A stretch of 64,000 nucleotides of DNA, from the NCBI GenBank assembly GCA_001687465.1, contig LVLI01000173.1, forward strand, positions 1 to 64,000, written 5' to 3'. This document shows, piece after piece, positions 61,901 to 64,000 of this stretch. Source of the stretch: Halocafeteria seosinensis. Taxonomy: Eukaryota. The stretch's first letter is position 1. The number at the start of each line of letters is the position of its first letter. Under the pieces are notes generated by a model that had not been told where the DNA came from, did no database searches, and worked only from the letters and a program-made list of their open reading frames with translations. A program made the position numbers and the translations under genes.

Positions 61901-63025
61901 TGGCGGGCAATGAAATTTCCGCAGCAGGAGTTTCTAATCTAGACATTACCAAGGGTTTGGAACCATCATTCCGGCATGCTCCACTGCCGAACAATTTGTG
62001 ATAACTTTTCAAGCTTCGGGCTTGACTGCACTTTGACAATATTACTTCCGGAAATACACTCTCTATTTGTGGCACGCATAGCTTTACTTTGACAATATTA
62101 CCTTGTACTGGAAATACACTTTGTACATTTGTGGCTCGCATAGCTTCTGAGTAACACTGCCTCCTTCACCATTCCAGGATACGATTGCAAATAGAATAGA
62201 CGAGTATTTTATGAGAATTCTCTCTCAATTCTAGTATCCGCTACACACAAGATGACCATTCGCATTCGTAACTGACCTAAGGGGCTGATATTACACCAGA
62301 GATTGAACTCACGCAAACAGTAACAGTAATCTAAAGTGCAACCAACAACAAACATCGTTGGCAGCTGGTACCTAACGCAAGAGAAAGTACCTCTGCGCTG
62401 GCGTTGAGTAAGGCGAAGGATGACACGCTGAAGAACAGTCACACACTGTATCACGAAAGCCTGCAGTGGGGTAACTGGTCTCTGGAGCTTCACGGAAACA
62501 TTGTGCATTTCATACAAGCGTATATGGTACAGGACATGTGGAAGCGTGAGTTCTCCCCGTATGGGGCGCACCATTACGACTCAGTACAGTAGTAAAGGCC
62601 CTTACTAAAGGAACGAGTCGATCAGAGTGGTACCACCGGTACCACTCTTCAATTGAACCAGGGTGTGGACATCCAACTGCAGGTGGGCCATCAGTCATAT
62701 TTTCGTCGTCGTGCTGACTGAGGCTGATCCCATTCCTAATCGTCCATCTCCCACGAAGTACTGTAGTTCCTGGAACTTCCTTCCCCAAAGACCAGTAACT
62801 TCCGAGTCGAAGTTCCGCTTCGTTCCGGACAATCATATCTTCGACTCCAGCAAGACCGTGCAATCAAATCTTGGACCCTGAATTTGGTCCATTATAGTGA
62901 CTAATTTGGACTGCTATGTGGGTTGACTGCATGTATGTCGACTTGTTTTGTACATTGTAGCTCCTTGGGGGTGTCGTTGGGGACGTTGTACTGGTGAATT
63001 CTGGCCGAAACAGCAAGTTGAAGAA

Positions 63026-64000
63026 ATGAGCTCGTTTTTCAAGCGCATGGGCGATTTTGTCCATACTTTTGCCAATTTAGACCGTCTAAACGAAGGATCC
63101 GTGGATCAGGGGCCACAGGAGACATGTCAAGAGCAACAGGAACAAGAGACATCCAATGGAAGCAGCGCTGTGGGAACGGTAGGCAGTGTAATAGGGTCCT
63201 TTCTGCAGCCACCAGCGTCTCCACAGGACCAAAATCAAGCTCATTCAGGTCATACAAGCCATTCCGAGGTCCATAAAAAGTCAAAGAAGAAAGGTTCCTC
63301 CCAGAAACAACCGTCAGATTTAACATATGTCATCAAAAATGTGATTGGGATGGGATTTCCGAGCACACAGTCTACTCGAATCAAGGCTCACCCGGGGATG
63401 GATAGCTCTATTGTCGCTGATTATCTTAAGCATACCCACGGAGATGATCATTTTATGGTTTGGAACTTGTCGGAAGAGTCCTACGATTACTCGATGTTCT
63501 GCAATCAGGTCATCGAGTACTCCTTCAAGGGCCACCCGGCGCCCCCGTTGGGATTGTTATTCAAATTGGTGACTTCCATTGAGAGTTGGTTAGTGGCCGA
63601 TGAAGCCAATAATGTGGCCGTTGTACATTGTATGACAGGCAAAGGACGCACTTGTGTGGTGCTGGCAGCACTGCTGACGTGGATGCAGCGGTTTGCCAAT
63701 CCGATGAGAGCACTGGAATACGTTTGCACCAAGAGGCAACTGGACCCGGACACTGCTATCAATCCTAGCCAAAAACGATATTTGCAATACTTTATGTACA
63801 TGTATGAAGGAGTAAAGCCGCGATCTGAACCAATGGTTCTTCGACGTGTGATTATGAATGGAATTCCGACTTTCGAGGATGTGCCGCAGAGTACCAGAGT
63901 TCCAATGACACAAGATGAAGAAGACGAGGAGTACCAAGCCGAGGGTACTGGTTCGACTAAGGCTGGATGCCGACCTTTATTACAAATATTCCGAAACGGA
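63026..64000 (+). CDS. PTEN/tensin-type phosphatase with the start of a C2 domain, truncated by the window end
   Basis: Open frame from ATG 63026: DLTYV..IGMGFP, VWNLSE, HPAPPL, VVHCMTGKGRT, PSQKRYLQY, GCRPLLQIF. It is absent from the ORF track because no stop falls in the window. Confidence 0.9.
   Translation, partial: MSSFFKRMGDFVHTFANLDRLNEGSVDQGPQETCQEQQEQETSNGSSAVGTVGSVIGSFLQPPASPQDQNQAHSGHTSHSEVHKKSKKKGSSQKQPSDLTYVIKNVIGMGFPSTQSTRIKAHPGMDSSIVADYLKHTHGDDHFMVWNLSEESYDYSMFCNQVIEYSFKGHPAPPLGLLFKLVTSIESWLVADEANNVAVVHCMTGKGRTCVVLAALLTWMQRFANPMRALEYVCTKRQLDPDTAINPSQKRYLQYFMYMYEGVKPRSEPMVLRRVIMNGIPTFEDVPQSTRVPMTQDEEDEEYQAEGTGSTKAGCRPLLQIFRNG

Noticed and set aside
62032..62144. Two-unit repeat of about 56 bp, and (CACTTT)n near 58480, as CRISPR or telomere-like arrays
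   Set aside because: Too few units, no spacer structure, internal position and eukaryotic context.

Overview
A compact, intron-containing eukaryotic genome segment using the standard code, with short GT-AG introns (57-76 nt where counted). A protist, possibly a stramenopile, is my inference only. Recognisable genes: WDR33, ZNF593/BUD20, a NUDT12/NudC-like Nudix hydrolase, an OSR1/SPAK-like STE20 kinase, RABGGTB, an NDUFB3-like subunit, tRNA-Thr(AGT), a PH-domain protein with a helical C-terminus, a spliced TPR-ankyrin fusion, an L-type lectin and a PTEN-like phosphatase cut by the window end. Accessory content: a convergent gene pair triplicated with reciprocal decay, a ~1400-aa divergent adenosine-deaminase-like protein followed by a decayed second deaminase domain, four co-oriented glycan enzymes (GT61, GH92, GT-A-like, sulfotransferase) and an LRR paralog cluster with a near-identical tract and an inversion. 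Retroelement debris is abundant and is the most unusual signal. An archaeal/plant-type RNase H (aRNH) occurs in several contexts: directly before a chromodomain at a Ty3/gypsy-like 3' end, and in CRE-like non-LTR relics whose pieces suggest a chromodomain-aRNH-RT-CCHC-RLE architecture. All calls come from motif reading by eye, no searches were run, and relic boundaries are approximate.
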